A DNA stretch of 64,000 nt, taken from the IMG/VR virus record IMGVR_UViG_3300005096_000103, positions 32,001 to 96,000 of that record; one strand, 5' to 3'. Positions 39,101 through 48,234 of this stretch are shown piece after piece. Each line of letters begins with the position of its first letter. The stretch's first letter is position 1. Below the pieces are notes generated by a model that had not been told where the DNA came from, did no database searches, and saw nothing but the letters and a program-made list of their open reading frames with translations. The stretch comes from a virus. A program made the translations under genes and the position numbers.

Positions 39101-39235
39101 TATGATGGTAGACATACTGAAACTCAAGATAAGTTCACTGGAGAGCCTTGTTCAACTTGTGGTCACTTTAAGCTCGTATCCAACGGATCCTGTAAGATCT
39201 GTAGGAACTGTGGGACAACGACAGGGTGTTCGTAG
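36131..39235 (+). CDS. nrdJ: Class II (adenosylcobalamin-dependent) ribonucleotide reductase
   Basis: PNSPQWFN, HACF, TRRAARM, NPCSEY, ACNLAS, APTGTIS, TVYRDGS, and a C-terminal TSCPD-like domain with Zn ribbon; no small subunit nearby. Confidence 0.93.
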   Translation: MISRPLEYLPRFVDEDPKKSKNFDSELLDVDGNTLFKQEGIIAPANWSQLSVDIFAQKYFRRSGVPLETTVVTSEGLPVWISRRVAAQYTAFGGESSVYKVVRRLAGGWVNYIYKQALLADTKLNNHHVNLDNPYKLQEALTILDESMESLFWDIQNSMLQQCWAPNSPQWFNTGLYWAYGITGEASGHWHEAPKGSKSVVVESVDSYSRPQCHACFIQEVEDTLLGDHGIMDLVVREARLFKLGSGSGANYSNIREKGAPLSGGGVSSGLSSFLEIPDVAAGAIKSGGTTRRAARMVSLDLNHPESQQFISWKATEEDKAMCLALGSKVYRESIRAVYREHTDLGFLTAREKQVLADIDPKVLHRATQALKTGIPLSSLLPPAIDLGWEGTAYKTISGQNANNSIRITDEFMDTLLADTENPADFKFTSRVGGREAVETKSHKAIWDDLVKSAWLCGDPGIQFHDTTNRANTCLHSGTIRASNPCSEYLWFADTACNLASINLMKCLEKDHTGVYCFFTEKLQNLVRMIVRVLDATVSYAQYPYESMASESLKYRTIGIGVSNLGALLITLGIPYGSKEGRDLAAAIMSIIQGTACLESMSLAAELGSFPAFEFNKDAYLEVLEQTYTDTFNLVVNTSIFPGYSSRDIYLKAREVWTDVHTAMHRDDFAMRNAQLTAIAPTGTISLIMGCSTSSIEPGYSLVTSKKLAGGGEIITEASDEVKNYISDIMLDTQTADDIIEQINDGVPICDVVGLEGHNYANDVLACALDITPTNHILMCAAIQPFVSGGISKTINMPSNATLRQVGEAFKLAYREGLKSITVYRDGSKFSQPLTSLVETVVPATKGVPVVTSGVPVTEARLSALSTSKEPAPKMPLPAVRVRLPNVREGVTHKITTGGMTFYLRTGVYEDGSLGEIFLSTAKSGSTFRGILDAFAWSISVGLQYGIPLSVYAASFTGTLFEPNGFIADHPDVKMCGSILDAIFKILVKHYDGRHTETQDKFTGEPCSTCGHFKLVSNGSCKICRNCGTTTGCS

Positions 39236-39238
39236 AGC

Positions 39239-39481
39239 GTGGAGATAACTATTATGCAGAGTAAACCAGATAAAGAAGGGCGTCGTGTTTATACTACTAC
39301 GGACGGTTGGGTCATAGGTGTCAGATGCCAGAAATACCATAGTCTAAGCCACAAATACTCTCGTCTACCTAAGCAGGGACTCTCCTGTATTGGATGTAGA
39401 AGCATGGCCCACGACCATATCGCTAGGTTTGAAAGCTTAGATGCTGCTAAAACTGCAGAAAACCAATTCGCTGACTCGTAG
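39239..39481 (+). CDS. Small Cys/His-containing hypothetical protein
   Basis: 80-aa GTG-start ORF 3 nt after nrdJ. Confidence 0.55.
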   Translation: MEITIMQSKPDKEGRRVYTTTDGWVIGVRCQKYHSLSHKYSRLPKQGLSCIGCRSMAHDHIARFESLDAAKTAENQFADS

Positions 39482-39516
39482 AAACACGTACTCTAAGGTA
39501 TACTAGGTGAGACAAC

Positions 39517-39550
39517 GAGGGTGGTTTAGAATGCCACCCTCTTTTTCTTT
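39517..39550 (+). terminator. Intrinsic terminator
   Basis: GAGGGTGGT-TTAGAAT-GCCACCCTC followed by TTTTTCTTT. Confidence 0.85.
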
Positions 39551-39572
39551 AGCTTAGAGTGCGAGGCGACCT

Positions 39573-42500
39573 GTGGAAGACGACCTACTCCAGAGCATCA
39601 TACAAGGCGCCAATCAGGTATTCACCGGATACGCCCAAGGTACTGAAAACGCTAACGCTTTCTCTGCTGCTGCGAGCGCTGCGACACTCCCTGTGCCTCC
39701 ATTGCCGCCGCTGCCGATGCCTCCTCCACTGCCAGTACCTCCGCCTCTATCTCCACCTGGTTTCCTCCCGATGCAGCTACCTGCATTTGCAGGTCCACCC
39801 CCTTATCAGGGTGCTGCAGCACCGTTGCCTATGATGTTACCTCCACTTCCTCCACCTGCGCCGATTATGCCACCGTTGCCTCCCTTCAACCCTTTTGCAG
39901 GAGCGGGTGCTGCAATGCGGAGTGTAGGAGGTATACTACAGAGCGCACAGCGTAATTTAAATCCCACGCCTTACGTAGATTCTGCTATCTCAAGCACGCT
40001 TGAGATGTCTGCAGGTTACATCGTCGGTAATCAGAATCCCTTTATGCGGGAGATGAAGGCTTCTATGCGTCAGGCCGGAGATATTAGATCTTTGTACGGG
40101 ATGGTAGAAGAGGACGCACTCGGCTTAGGTGCACAGGGCCTAGCAACTGCGGGAGCCGCAGCATTTGGAGGTCTTGGAGGTGGGCTAGCTGGCGGAGCTA
40201 TTGGCGGTGCTATGACTGGTGGATCTGCTGGAGGTATCATTACTGGTTCGGATATTGGCGCAACTATCGGCGGTATAGCAGCTCCAATACTTGCACAGAA
40301 CAAATACGTAAGAGCTGTAACACAAGAGGTATTTCAGCCTGCTCTACGGCGCAACCTTGATATATCAAACACTCTAGGGATAAACCAAGGTGTAATGCAG
40401 GGTAGTTCGCTAGATATCTCCGGACGCGGATTAGATATCTACTCTGCAGGGTATGTCTCAGATTCATTAAGCGATCTATCTAACGTAAGACAAGGCGGTA
40501 AAGGTAGCGCTGCAGGTTCATTCACTAAACGTGATCTTATGGACATCATGTCTGTAAGTCGTGAACAAGGTCTGATGGAGTTCGCACAAAACAAAGATGA
40601 GATAGTCGGTGTTGTTAAGAACGTGTCTGGTATGTTGGCGACAGTGGCTAAGATTACAGGGGATCCTGATTTTAGGAACAACATAAAGCTTATCGGGAGC
40701 CTGCGACGTCAAGGTGGTGAGTTGAGTTCTATGTCACAGGATATTGCTGAGCTTCGTAGCGGGGCTGGGATATCTGGGATGTCGCTGCAAGACGCGTTGA
40801 ACTCACAAGGTGCACGAGGCGCTCAAGACTACAGCACTATGGGACTATCCAGATTCCAGGGTACCCGAATGGGGATCTTTGGAGCTGCGCTATCAAACCA
40901 AGCAGTGGCTGGCGGCGCGTACTCTGCTAGCGCTATAGACCGCTTCGGTGGTAAAGATCGGATGGCACAGCGTATTATGCAGATGACTGGGTCCTTCATC
41001 CAGAACTCTGATGCGCTGATCCCAGGTCTAACAAAGGTCGTAGATGGTAAAATCTCAATTGATAAAGAGAAACTCTCTGACTTAAACTCTAACAAGATAT
41101 CCCTGGACCAAGTACTCGCCGATAGCGCAAAGGCTAGCTCAGATCCAAAAGTACTTGAAGGCCTCATCAACTCGATGGACGATCTCAAAGAAGAGATGGC
41201 GAAAGGCTTAGGCCCCCAGGGCTCCTTCTCTATGATGGTTCGCCAGATAGACCGTGTCCAAGCCTCAATGGGGGGTAACGTCTCCTTCGAAGGCGCAGCT
41301 AATATGGTACTCGGGGATAAGACCTCAGCCCGCCAACTGTCAAAACTCTTGGCTAACGGAGGTTTGGATGGTGTAGTCCAAGGACTTGAGTCTGAGTCTA
41401 GACAGTCTCAGTTCTCTGCTGACAAAGCTGCCGCTAAGAACCGGGATGCGACAACAGGTCTCACTGGAGCTTGGAATCGTAGCGATATTGCTACAGGTTG
41501 GTTTAGGCGCGGGATAGGTGGTAGCTACGCTGATATGAACGAGAGTGTCAGCAACTGGACTCAGCGGCGTGACGAGACCGCTAGGATCAAAGCTGGTGGT
41601 GCAACCATGTATGAGAACAGTGGTCGAGCTTACTTGAGCAGCTTGAGCGATAAAGACGTTACAAGCGCTTTCCTCTCTAGAGAGGATACTAGTGGTATGT
41701 CTAAACGTCAGACCCTGTTTAGTCAAGGAGTCTTGGGATTCGCGAGCCAGGTAGGTGGTGGTATGTTCTCAACCGTAAAAGATACGACCCGAGGACTTAC
41801 CGGAGGGGTCCGTGGAATGTATGCTGCGTATAAAGGTGAGGGTAGCTACGCTGCAGCACTAGCACAAGGCAGCATCTATGGGACGGCATATGGCACTGTG
41901 TCTGGATTCGGATCAGCGTACTCAAGAGCCGCAGGCGGTGTAGTCCAGGCTGGATCAGATCTTGGCTACGAGTGGGACACTGCACTAGACGGGTCACGTG
42001 GTGGAGTAGGCGCAAACGAGGCTGCAGCTCTGAGAGACTACAGTCGAAACACCTCCGCGCTAAACCCCGTATCGTACCTAGGTGGTGTCGAAGACTTGGC
42101 AGGTGCTGCAGGTATAAACTCTTCGCTATTTGAACTAGGTAGTTCACTATATAGCCCGTTAACTGGTGGGACAGCGGGTCTACTATACAGGGATATATCC
42201 TCCCGAGGCTTAGTAGGTACCTATGACAAATATACTAGGCCTGCTGACCTAAAGAAAAAATATGCTGATGATAAGAAAGAGCTAGGCATCTACGTAGCGG
42301 CATCGAAAGCTGCGCTAGAAACTGACGGTGAAGGTGGGATGTCTCGACTTAGTGCTCGGGTTAAAAAACAACTCGAAAGTGCTAATGGAGGAAAGCCTGT
42401 ATCGTCTGATCAAGTTCAAGCTGCAGTTAGCGCTATGTTAGACGAGCAGGATACTAAGCGCGAGTATGCCGGTTACGGAGCATATAAAGCGACTAATGCT

Positions 42501-43604
42501 GGACAGGTAGGCGAAAGCATTAGAACTGGGATGGCTGCAAGTGGAATTGAGATGTCTACTACAGATATCTCAGATTTTGCAGACTCTGCAGCTATGGACG
42601 CTGGCTTTGCAAAAGACTTTGCGAGTGCTATCAGTGAACGCAACGGCGGAGTTAATGAAGCTGCAAAACGTACTATAGAAGCTGCTGGAGGTGTTAGTTC
42701 TGCTAGAGGGCGTGATACACTGTCGACTCAGATAGGTAACTCAAGTCAGGCTATTGAAGAGGCGTTCGGCTTAGACTTAGATAAGCGTTCAGATGCTGCA
42801 GCACTCAAAGTTATGGGTGAGCAGGATCCCGAAGTAGCCACGTTCTTGCTCCTCTCAGCATCTGGAGCAAGTAAATCAGAAATTACAGCGTATATTAACT
42901 CTAAGACTAAGGACAGTACAGAACGCAGCGCACTTTGGAAAAAGTATGCTGCAGCTAGTAAAGTTATGCGAGGTCTACCACCTAAGACTCTTGACGCCCT
43001 CAAGAAGATGGGTAGTAAACAAAATGTCATGACAAACGTTACTGAGAAGAAGTTCGAGGCAGTAGAGAAGAGTGCTACATCCGCGATATCAATAGGAAAT
43101 GCAATACCCAAACTCCAAGCACAAAGGTCTATTAAAGCAACAATGAGTCAGCTAGGAATCGGTATTGACCTCAAGGATCTTGGAGGTGAGGACGGACTCT
43201 CTGTTCTTAGAGGGAAACTACAGAAAAAGTTTACAACTCCTAAGTCATTAGAAGCTGCTCTCGCGAAAGCTAATCTAGACCCCTCAAAGTTAAGCGCCAT
43301 AAGGAGCCTTTACGAAGGTGGTGGGACTATGTCTGAGGAGGAGACAGGCAAGATCCTCAACCAGATGTTAGGCCCTGGTGGGCTAGAAACAAACTCTGTA
43401 AGAGATCCGACAGCTTACTCAGATGGGGACAAAGCGTCTAGAGCTAATCTAGAACAGTTAGACTCTCTACGTAAACTGTCAAATGATAACCAGCGTAGAT
43501 TCAGTGGTAGCATCACCTCTTTTAATAGAGGTGTTAACGCCCTTACGACTAACCTGAATAAGATCCCTGCGATGCTAGGTCACAAAGAGCTCGAAGAACC
43601 TTAA
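39573..43604 (+). CDS. Tape-measure-like protein with Pro-rich N-terminus
   Basis: 1343 aa, Gly/Ala/Ser-rich and helical, with Gly-rich hydrophobic stretches; first gene of the tail/baseplate run. Confidence 0.55.
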   Translation: MEDDLLQSIIQGANQVFTGYAQGTENANAFSAAASAATLPVPPLPPLPMPPPLPVPPPLSPPGFLPMQLPAFAGPPPYQGAAAPLPMMLPPLPPPAPIMPPLPPFNPFAGAGAAMRSVGGILQSAQRNLNPTPYVDSAISSTLEMSAGYIVGNQNPFMREMKASMRQAGDIRSLYGMVEEDALGLGAQGLATAGAAAFGGLGGGLAGGAIGGAMTGGSAGGIITGSDIGATIGGIAAPILAQNKYVRAVTQEVFQPALRRNLDISNTLGINQGVMQGSSLDISGRGLDIYSAGYVSDSLSDLSNVRQGGKGSAAGSFTKRDLMDIMSVSREQGLMEFAQNKDEIVGVVKNVSGMLATVAKITGDPDFRNNIKLIGSLRRQGGELSSMSQDIAELRSGAGISGMSLQDALNSQGARGAQDYSTMGLSRFQGTRMGIFGAALSNQAVAGGAYSASAIDRFGGKDRMAQRIMQMTGSFIQNSDALIPGLTKVVDGKISIDKEKLSDLNSNKISLDQVLADSAKASSDPKVLEGLINSMDDLKEEMAKGLGPQGSFSMMVRQIDRVQASMGGNVSFEGAANMVLGDKTSARQLSKLLANGGLDGVVQGLESESRQSQFSADKAAAKNRDATTGLTGAWNRSDIATGWFRRGIGGSYADMNESVSNWTQRRDETARIKAGGATMYENSGRAYLSSLSDKDVTSAFLSREDTSGMSKRQTLFSQGVLGFASQVGGGMFSTVKDTTRGLTGGVRGMYAAYKGEGSYAAALAQGSIYGTAYGTVSGFGSAYSRAAGGVVQAGSDLGYEWDTALDGSRGGVGANEAAALRDYSRNTSALNPVSYLGGVEDLAGAAGINSSLFELGSSLYSPLTGGTAGLLYRDISSRGLVGTYDKYTRPADLKKKYADDKKELGIYVAASKAALETDGEGGMSRLSARVKKQLESANGGKPVSSDQVQAAVSAMLDEQDTKREYAGYGAYKATNAGQVGESIRTGMAASGIEMSTTDISDFADSAAMDAGFAKDFASAISERNGGVNEAAKRTIEAAGGVSSARGRDTLSTQIGNSSQAIEEAFGLDLDKRSDAAALKVMGEQDPEVATFLLLSASGASKSEITAYINSKTKDSTERSALWKKYAAASKVMRGLPPKTLDALKKMGSKQNVMTNVTEKKFEAVEKSATSAISIGNAIPKLQAQRSIKATMSQLGIGIDLKDLGGEDGLSVLRGKLQKKFTTPKSLEAALAKANLDPSKLSAIRSLYEGGGTMSEEETGKILNQMLGPGGLETNSVRDPTAYSDGDKASRANLEQLDSLRKLSNDNQRRFSGSITSFNRGVNALTTNLNKIPAMLGHKELEEP

Positions 43605-43613
43605 GGATAGAAA

Positions 43614-43823
43614 ATGAAACCTAAGTATATATTCCCAGACGCGGGTGCTCAACTTCGTACCTTGGAAGATTACATCAGGCAACAGATGAACCTCACGGAT
43701 ACTATTACGTTTGAGTTCCCGTCTATACTTGAGTGCGCAGACCTCGCTCTAAAAGAAGATACCCTTATTCGTCTTGAGACGTCTGATACTCCTGTAGCTG
43801 TAGGTAAGCCAAGTGAGCAATAG
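43614..43823 (+). CDS. Hypothetical protein
   Basis: 69-aa ORF with AAGGA upstream, in operon. Confidence 0.6.
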   Translation: MKPKYIFPDAGAQLRTLEDYIRQQMNLTDTITFEFPSILECADLALKEDTLIRLETSDTPVAVGKPSEQ

Positions 43824-44889
43824 TACTAAAGGCAACAGGGGCAAGATACTTGGTGGTCGTGAGTTCCGGTACCTTGATAAAAGTAAGAGTAGTCGGGAGC
43901 TAGCGGGAACCTACGCGGTAACACCTACGTTTTCACCAAAGTACCACACAGGTCACGGTCCTGACTCAGTACTAAAGCAAGCTAGGTTCATGATACCTCT
44001 ACCTAGCAAGCTCGTACTAGACCGGGTTATCAAAACCGCGAGTGGTTCAGCAATTGCGCGGAAGATCCTTAAGGTTCTTACAACGCGAGCCAATGACCCT
44101 ACAGGCGCTACTGCTAACTCTGGCCTAGAAAATAAAGAGGGTAGCTGGGGAGGATACGGTTACGTTGACTTCTGGCTCTCACAGATAAACCTGCAGTTTA
44201 GAGAGAAGAGACAGCTTGTCGAGCTTACCTCAGACGCTTATGCTGTGTACTATCACGGACTCGCTGCGCCAAACATTAGTCTTAGCGGTTCACTACTAAA
44301 CACTGTGCAGAATAACTGGTGGAGCAACTTCTTAGATCTATACATCTCAGCGATCCGAGGGACTAAAACTGCGATATTCAGCGCACCGCTGATACTGCTT
44401 CTAGACTCCAAGCGATACTCTATATCGATTGACAGTCTTACGCAGAGCCTTAGCGCAGATATGGAGATGCTAGGAAGCTTCAGCATGCAGGGTCTGGTCT
44501 CAAAAATAGAGGAAGTGGATACATTCACTTCTGGAGACCCTACAGCACTAGAAAATCTTGCAGGAGTTAGGACAGCACTAGATGCGAATACACGACCTAG
44601 CCTAGTTATCAACCCTTCAGCATCACCATTGGTAACTAATCAAGGTAAAGCCAGCGTAGCAAACCCCTGTGATCTACAATCAGCATTTAATGTCTCTGCG
44701 CTAGTATGTGGAGAGCGGTTTGCCTTACAAATGGACTCCCCTCCAGCAGCGGATGTTAGCCTAGACGTGGAGACTGCCGTGACTATCGCACAAGAGTCTT
44801 ACGTCCTGGAAGAAGCGGCCTCATTTGTTGCAGATCCTGTTGCTGTGAATGCTAGCTTCTCAGAGGCTCTATTCTCAGGAGTTGAGTAG
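43813..44889 (+). CDS. Putative tail/baseplate structural protein (tube-initiator-like)
   Basis: 358 aa with a beta-rich core, between the tape-measure-like and hub genes; call rests on context. Confidence 0.45.
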   Translation: MSNSTKGNRGKILGGREFRYLDKSKSSRELAGTYAVTPTFSPKYHTGHGPDSVLKQARFMIPLPSKLVLDRVIKTASGSAIARKILKVLTTRANDPTGATANSGLENKEGSWGGYGYVDFWLSQINLQFREKRQLVELTSDAYAVYYHGLAAPNISLSGSLLNTVQNNWWSNFLDLYISAIRGTKTAIFSAPLILLLDSKRYSISIDSLTQSLSADMEMLGSFSMQGLVSKIEEVDTFTSGDPTALENLAGVRTALDANTRPSLVINPSASPLVTNQGKASVANPCDLQSAFNVSALVCGERFALQMDSPPAADVSLDVETAVTIAQESYVLEEAASFVADPVAVNASFSEALFSGVE

Positions 44890-45318
44890 ATGTCTATTGA
44901 ATCAATCATCATGACCACCACACTCCCCTCAAACATAAACAACTACAGGTTGGCCTTAGCTTCCGCGTGTTCATCAACTAATGAGACTCTCGAAACTGGA
45001 AAATCAATAACCTACTTCCTTGCGGCAACCCCGCTGATTATACCTTTTGGCTGGTTTCTCCCACGTGACTTTTCTCTAGCGGCCTACGACTTAGATTCTC
45101 GCAGGTCTGTAGACAGCGCCTACGCTGATCTTAAGAGACTAAAGCCTATGCGGGATAGGGCATTGGGTGAACTAGTAAATCAAACTATAAGTCCAGACCT
45201 GTTAAGTCTACTAGACTCAGTAGATAGTCGACAACGCCGGTACTACATCGCAGCTTCATGTGCTATAGTGTTCCTCAGTGCTTTCAATCTAAGTGATAAA
45301 GTACAAACGGGAGCGTAA
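44890..45318 (+). CDS. Hypothetical protein
   Basis: 142-aa ORF abutting the previous stop. Confidence 0.6.
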   Translation: MSIESIIMTTTLPSNINNYRLALASACSSTNETLETGKSITYFLAATPLIIPFGWFLPRDFSLAAYDLDSRRSVDSAYADLKRLKPMRDRALGELVNQTISPDLLSLLDSVDSRQRRYYIAASCAIVFLSAFNLSDKVQTGA

Positions 45319-45350
45319 GTTGACCTGTAGCATATGATCTGGAGCATAAG

Positions 45351-48221
45351 TTGACTACCTACGAGAATGTTAATACCCCTCAAGTTAATGATTACCTAGT
45401 CTATATCTGCGGTGTAGAGGTCCCTGTATCAGCAGTAAGCGTACGTGGAGCCGTCTGGGATATTCCTACAGCAACGATACAACTACCTGCTGACAAAAAT
45501 CTAAGGCGTATAGGTGCTGAAGATCGTATAAGGGTTACGATATTCTACTTAGACACTGTATATTACGACGGTGTCTACTGTCTTATGTTCGATGGAGAGG
45601 TGACATCTGTAGGGTACTCGTCTTCAGCTATGACAGCACTGCTCTCTCTGAATTGTAGAGGCTTCGCTGCAGCATTCGAGAGGCTTAAGCTCTTATTCTT
45701 AACAGCGATGCCTAATTTCGTTAAAGCGAGTACTGGTAATCCAGATGCGGATGCAGTTGTCGCAGGCGCAGCATACTCTAAGATCTTCCCAGCCTCACTG
45801 TTCTATAGTGGACTATCACCCTCCGCAAATGAGCCTCTTACCCGCCCTTTTGATATCGTGAATAACGTATTCAAAGTCGTTGCTGGTATAGAGATGTCAC
45901 CACCTGAGCTACTAGAGTCTCTGTCTAAGGACGACGACACTGCGACGCCGAATGATACTAAATCCGTTGTCGCTACACATTGGTTTAACAGGTGGCTACG
46001 ACGGACTAACTTTATCAACATGTGGAATCCTCTACCAGGCTACGAGACTTCGTTCACGGACACAGACTCTTTATTCCCTGTCTTGAGCGTCATACAGCAG
46101 AACGAGGCTATTAACGCCCTTATAAAGATGGCTTCAAATATCGGAGATAGTGGGAGTGTCTGGGAGCTTGTTAGAAAAGTATTCATGACACTATACTACG
46201 AAGTCAATATAATGCTCAGCCCACCAGCTGTAGCAGTCAAGTCTAGTAGCCTAAAAGTCCGGGGACCCTTTTCAACTAAGATAGGTAATGACCGTCTTAA
46301 GATCTTAAGTCACGTGACTAAACCTCAGATGCTATTTGGAGTTCCACCTGCGTGCAATATCCTCTGGAAAAGTCTGATAACTAACACCTCTTATAGTGAA
46401 GACTATGCAGGTCAGCCTACTCGACTCCGCGCCTCATTTGGCCAACACTCAAATATCTACGCACCGAACGGCGGCAATAAGAACCCTGGGTCTCAAGAAA
46501 TCTTGAACCAAGTTATGGCGGTTGCGTTCCCACCTATAGCACAGTATCAACTCGATCAACGCGTAGGACGTGCAGATAAGGAAGGTGACTTCTCTCGTAA
46601 CGCCCACAATTTTCTAGTCTGGCCTGAGGAGTTCTTCAAAGGTCCAGTCTCCTCCTACAGAGAGATACCCCAGTGGTTCCACTTTCTAGCTAACGCGCAG
46701 AAAGCTCCTGCAGTACTCGGTGTAGCAGCTGACTTTGCGTCTCCGAGGTCATACCTGCTAGGTCTCGGTACTCTACTAAACACCATATTAAGTACAAACT
46801 CCTCAATCTATAAGGATCAATTCCCTCTAGAGATGATTGAGGGTTTTATAGAAGCTGCTGAGGCTCTGCCTACTAAGGTTAGAGAGTATGGGACTAACGT
46901 ATCATCAGCTCGAACAGGAGGCTACGACGAAAGCCTTGCTACGCTTAAAGACTACTACATAGGCGTCCTAGAGCTAGCTAAGCAATTCAGCCCACAACTC
47001 TCTAGCATCTCTCAGATAGACAAGTTTATCAGCGCGATAGACGAGGCGACTGTATCAACGAGAGTTACAGTGTCAGAGCCTGGCATAGCTGAGCCTCCTG
47101 ACGCTGAAGCTACTCCTGATCTAGCTACCCCTACTGAAGCTTCAGTAGCCTCAACAGAAGGTGACGATGCGACCCGTGAAGTCTATAAGCTCTACGCAGC
47201 TTATGAGTACCATAGAGAACGCTACTCACGCCGGAACGGGTCAGTTAATATGGTGTTCAACCCCTACGTGGCTGCTGGATACCCTGGTGCAGTATTCGAT
47301 AAGGACGCCCTACAATACCACCAGTTCATGTACGTCGTCTCTGTAAACCATAGTATGTCGCCTAACGGATTCAGCACGTCAGTGTCTTATTCGTATGCGA
47401 GGACATTCAATGAGTTCTTTCAAGAGCTGTTAGAACTTAGAAATCCTGACTCTTTTGCGCGTGTTGATACGTCTACGGATCAGGTATCTGGAGCCAGGAT
47501 CGAAGATAAGCTTTCCGACCTAGCTAGTTCCGTGCCTGCTACTGACTTCTTAATAGAACCTGGATTTTCTGACGTACCAAAGAAAGTGTTCGACACTCGT
47601 AACATCAGCGACTTCTTACAGGACCCTAGTCTACTCAAAGAAGAACCTTTAGACGCGGGACCTGCTAACCCTATTGAGAGCTATCGGAACGGATTCCAGC
47701 GTAACTCAGGCGCGAGGGCAATCTACGACAGTCTGTTCTGGCAGAACCTCCCTAGAGACGCTGACAAAGATACGATATTCGACTGGGCTAAACTCCTGTC
47801 TGTATCTCCAGGAGGTATGAACCCACAGGATATCGCATTAACAACTGAGAGTGCACAAGACTATAAAAATCCATCAACAGAGTTCCACCCCACTAAGGAC
47901 GCTCAAATATTTAATAACTCAACGCGTGATGGACTTAAGTACTGTGCCCGCCCTGTATGCACTCTAGAGGAGTGGATGACACACAACGCGTCCATAGGGG
48001 TTGCTAAGGATAAACTTATCGTAGAGACGCAGGGACACTTAGTCTCGTACTATGTTATGGTACTAAACTTAGAGGCTGGACCAGGGAAAGAACCGGCACA
48101 GACTGAGTTAGGTAATAGGGTCGGGGAAGTTACAGCAGATACCCGACTCCCTTGGGTTTCGTATCTGCTCCGCTATAGAAACAGGATCTATAATAGAGAT
48201 TTCCCACTAACGACTACCTAG
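45351..48221 (+). CDS. Baseplate hub-like protein
   Basis: N-terminal YLVYICGVEV...ATIQLP...MFDGEV and late FNPYVAAGYPG...YVVSVNHS pattern typical of Mu gp44/T4 gp27-like hubs; context. Confidence 0.55.
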   Translation: MTTYENVNTPQVNDYLVYICGVEVPVSAVSVRGAVWDIPTATIQLPADKNLRRIGAEDRIRVTIFYLDTVYYDGVYCLMFDGEVTSVGYSSSAMTALLSLNCRGFAAAFERLKLLFLTAMPNFVKASTGNPDADAVVAGAAYSKIFPASLFYSGLSPSANEPLTRPFDIVNNVFKVVAGIEMSPPELLESLSKDDDTATPNDTKSVVATHWFNRWLRRTNFINMWNPLPGYETSFTDTDSLFPVLSVIQQNEAINALIKMASNIGDSGSVWELVRKVFMTLYYEVNIMLSPPAVAVKSSSLKVRGPFSTKIGNDRLKILSHVTKPQMLFGVPPACNILWKSLITNTSYSEDYAGQPTRLRASFGQHSNIYAPNGGNKNPGSQEILNQVMAVAFPPIAQYQLDQRVGRADKEGDFSRNAHNFLVWPEEFFKGPVSSYREIPQWFHFLANAQKAPAVLGVAADFASPRSYLLGLGTLLNTILSTNSSIYKDQFPLEMIEGFIEAAEALPTKVREYGTNVSSARTGGYDESLATLKDYYIGVLELAKQFSPQLSSISQIDKFISAIDEATVSTRVTVSEPGIAEPPDAEATPDLATPTEASVASTEGDDATREVYKLYAAYEYHRERYSRRNGSVNMVFNPYVAAGYPGAVFDKDALQYHQFMYVVSVNHSMSPNGFSTSVSYSYARTFNEFFQELLELRNPDSFARVDTSTDQVSGARIEDKLSDLASSVPATDFLIEPGFSDVPKKVFDTRNISDFLQDPSLLKEEPLDAGPANPIESYRNGFQRNSGARAIYDSLFWQNLPRDADKDTIFDWAKLLSVSPGGMNPQDIALTTESAQDYKNPSTEFHPTKDAQIFNNSTRDGLKYCARPVCTLEEWMTHNASIGVAKDKLIVETQGHLVSYYVMVLNLEAGPGKEPAQTELGNRVGEVTADTRLPWVSYLLRYRNRIYNRDFPLTTT

Positions 48222-48234
48222 CTTTGGAGCTACC

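Noticed and set aside
24036-39235. Inteins or introns in polA, terL or nrdJ
   Set aside because: No C/S...HN splice motifs, LAGLIDADG or HNH domains, or frame breaks were seen; the insertions look like ordinary loops.
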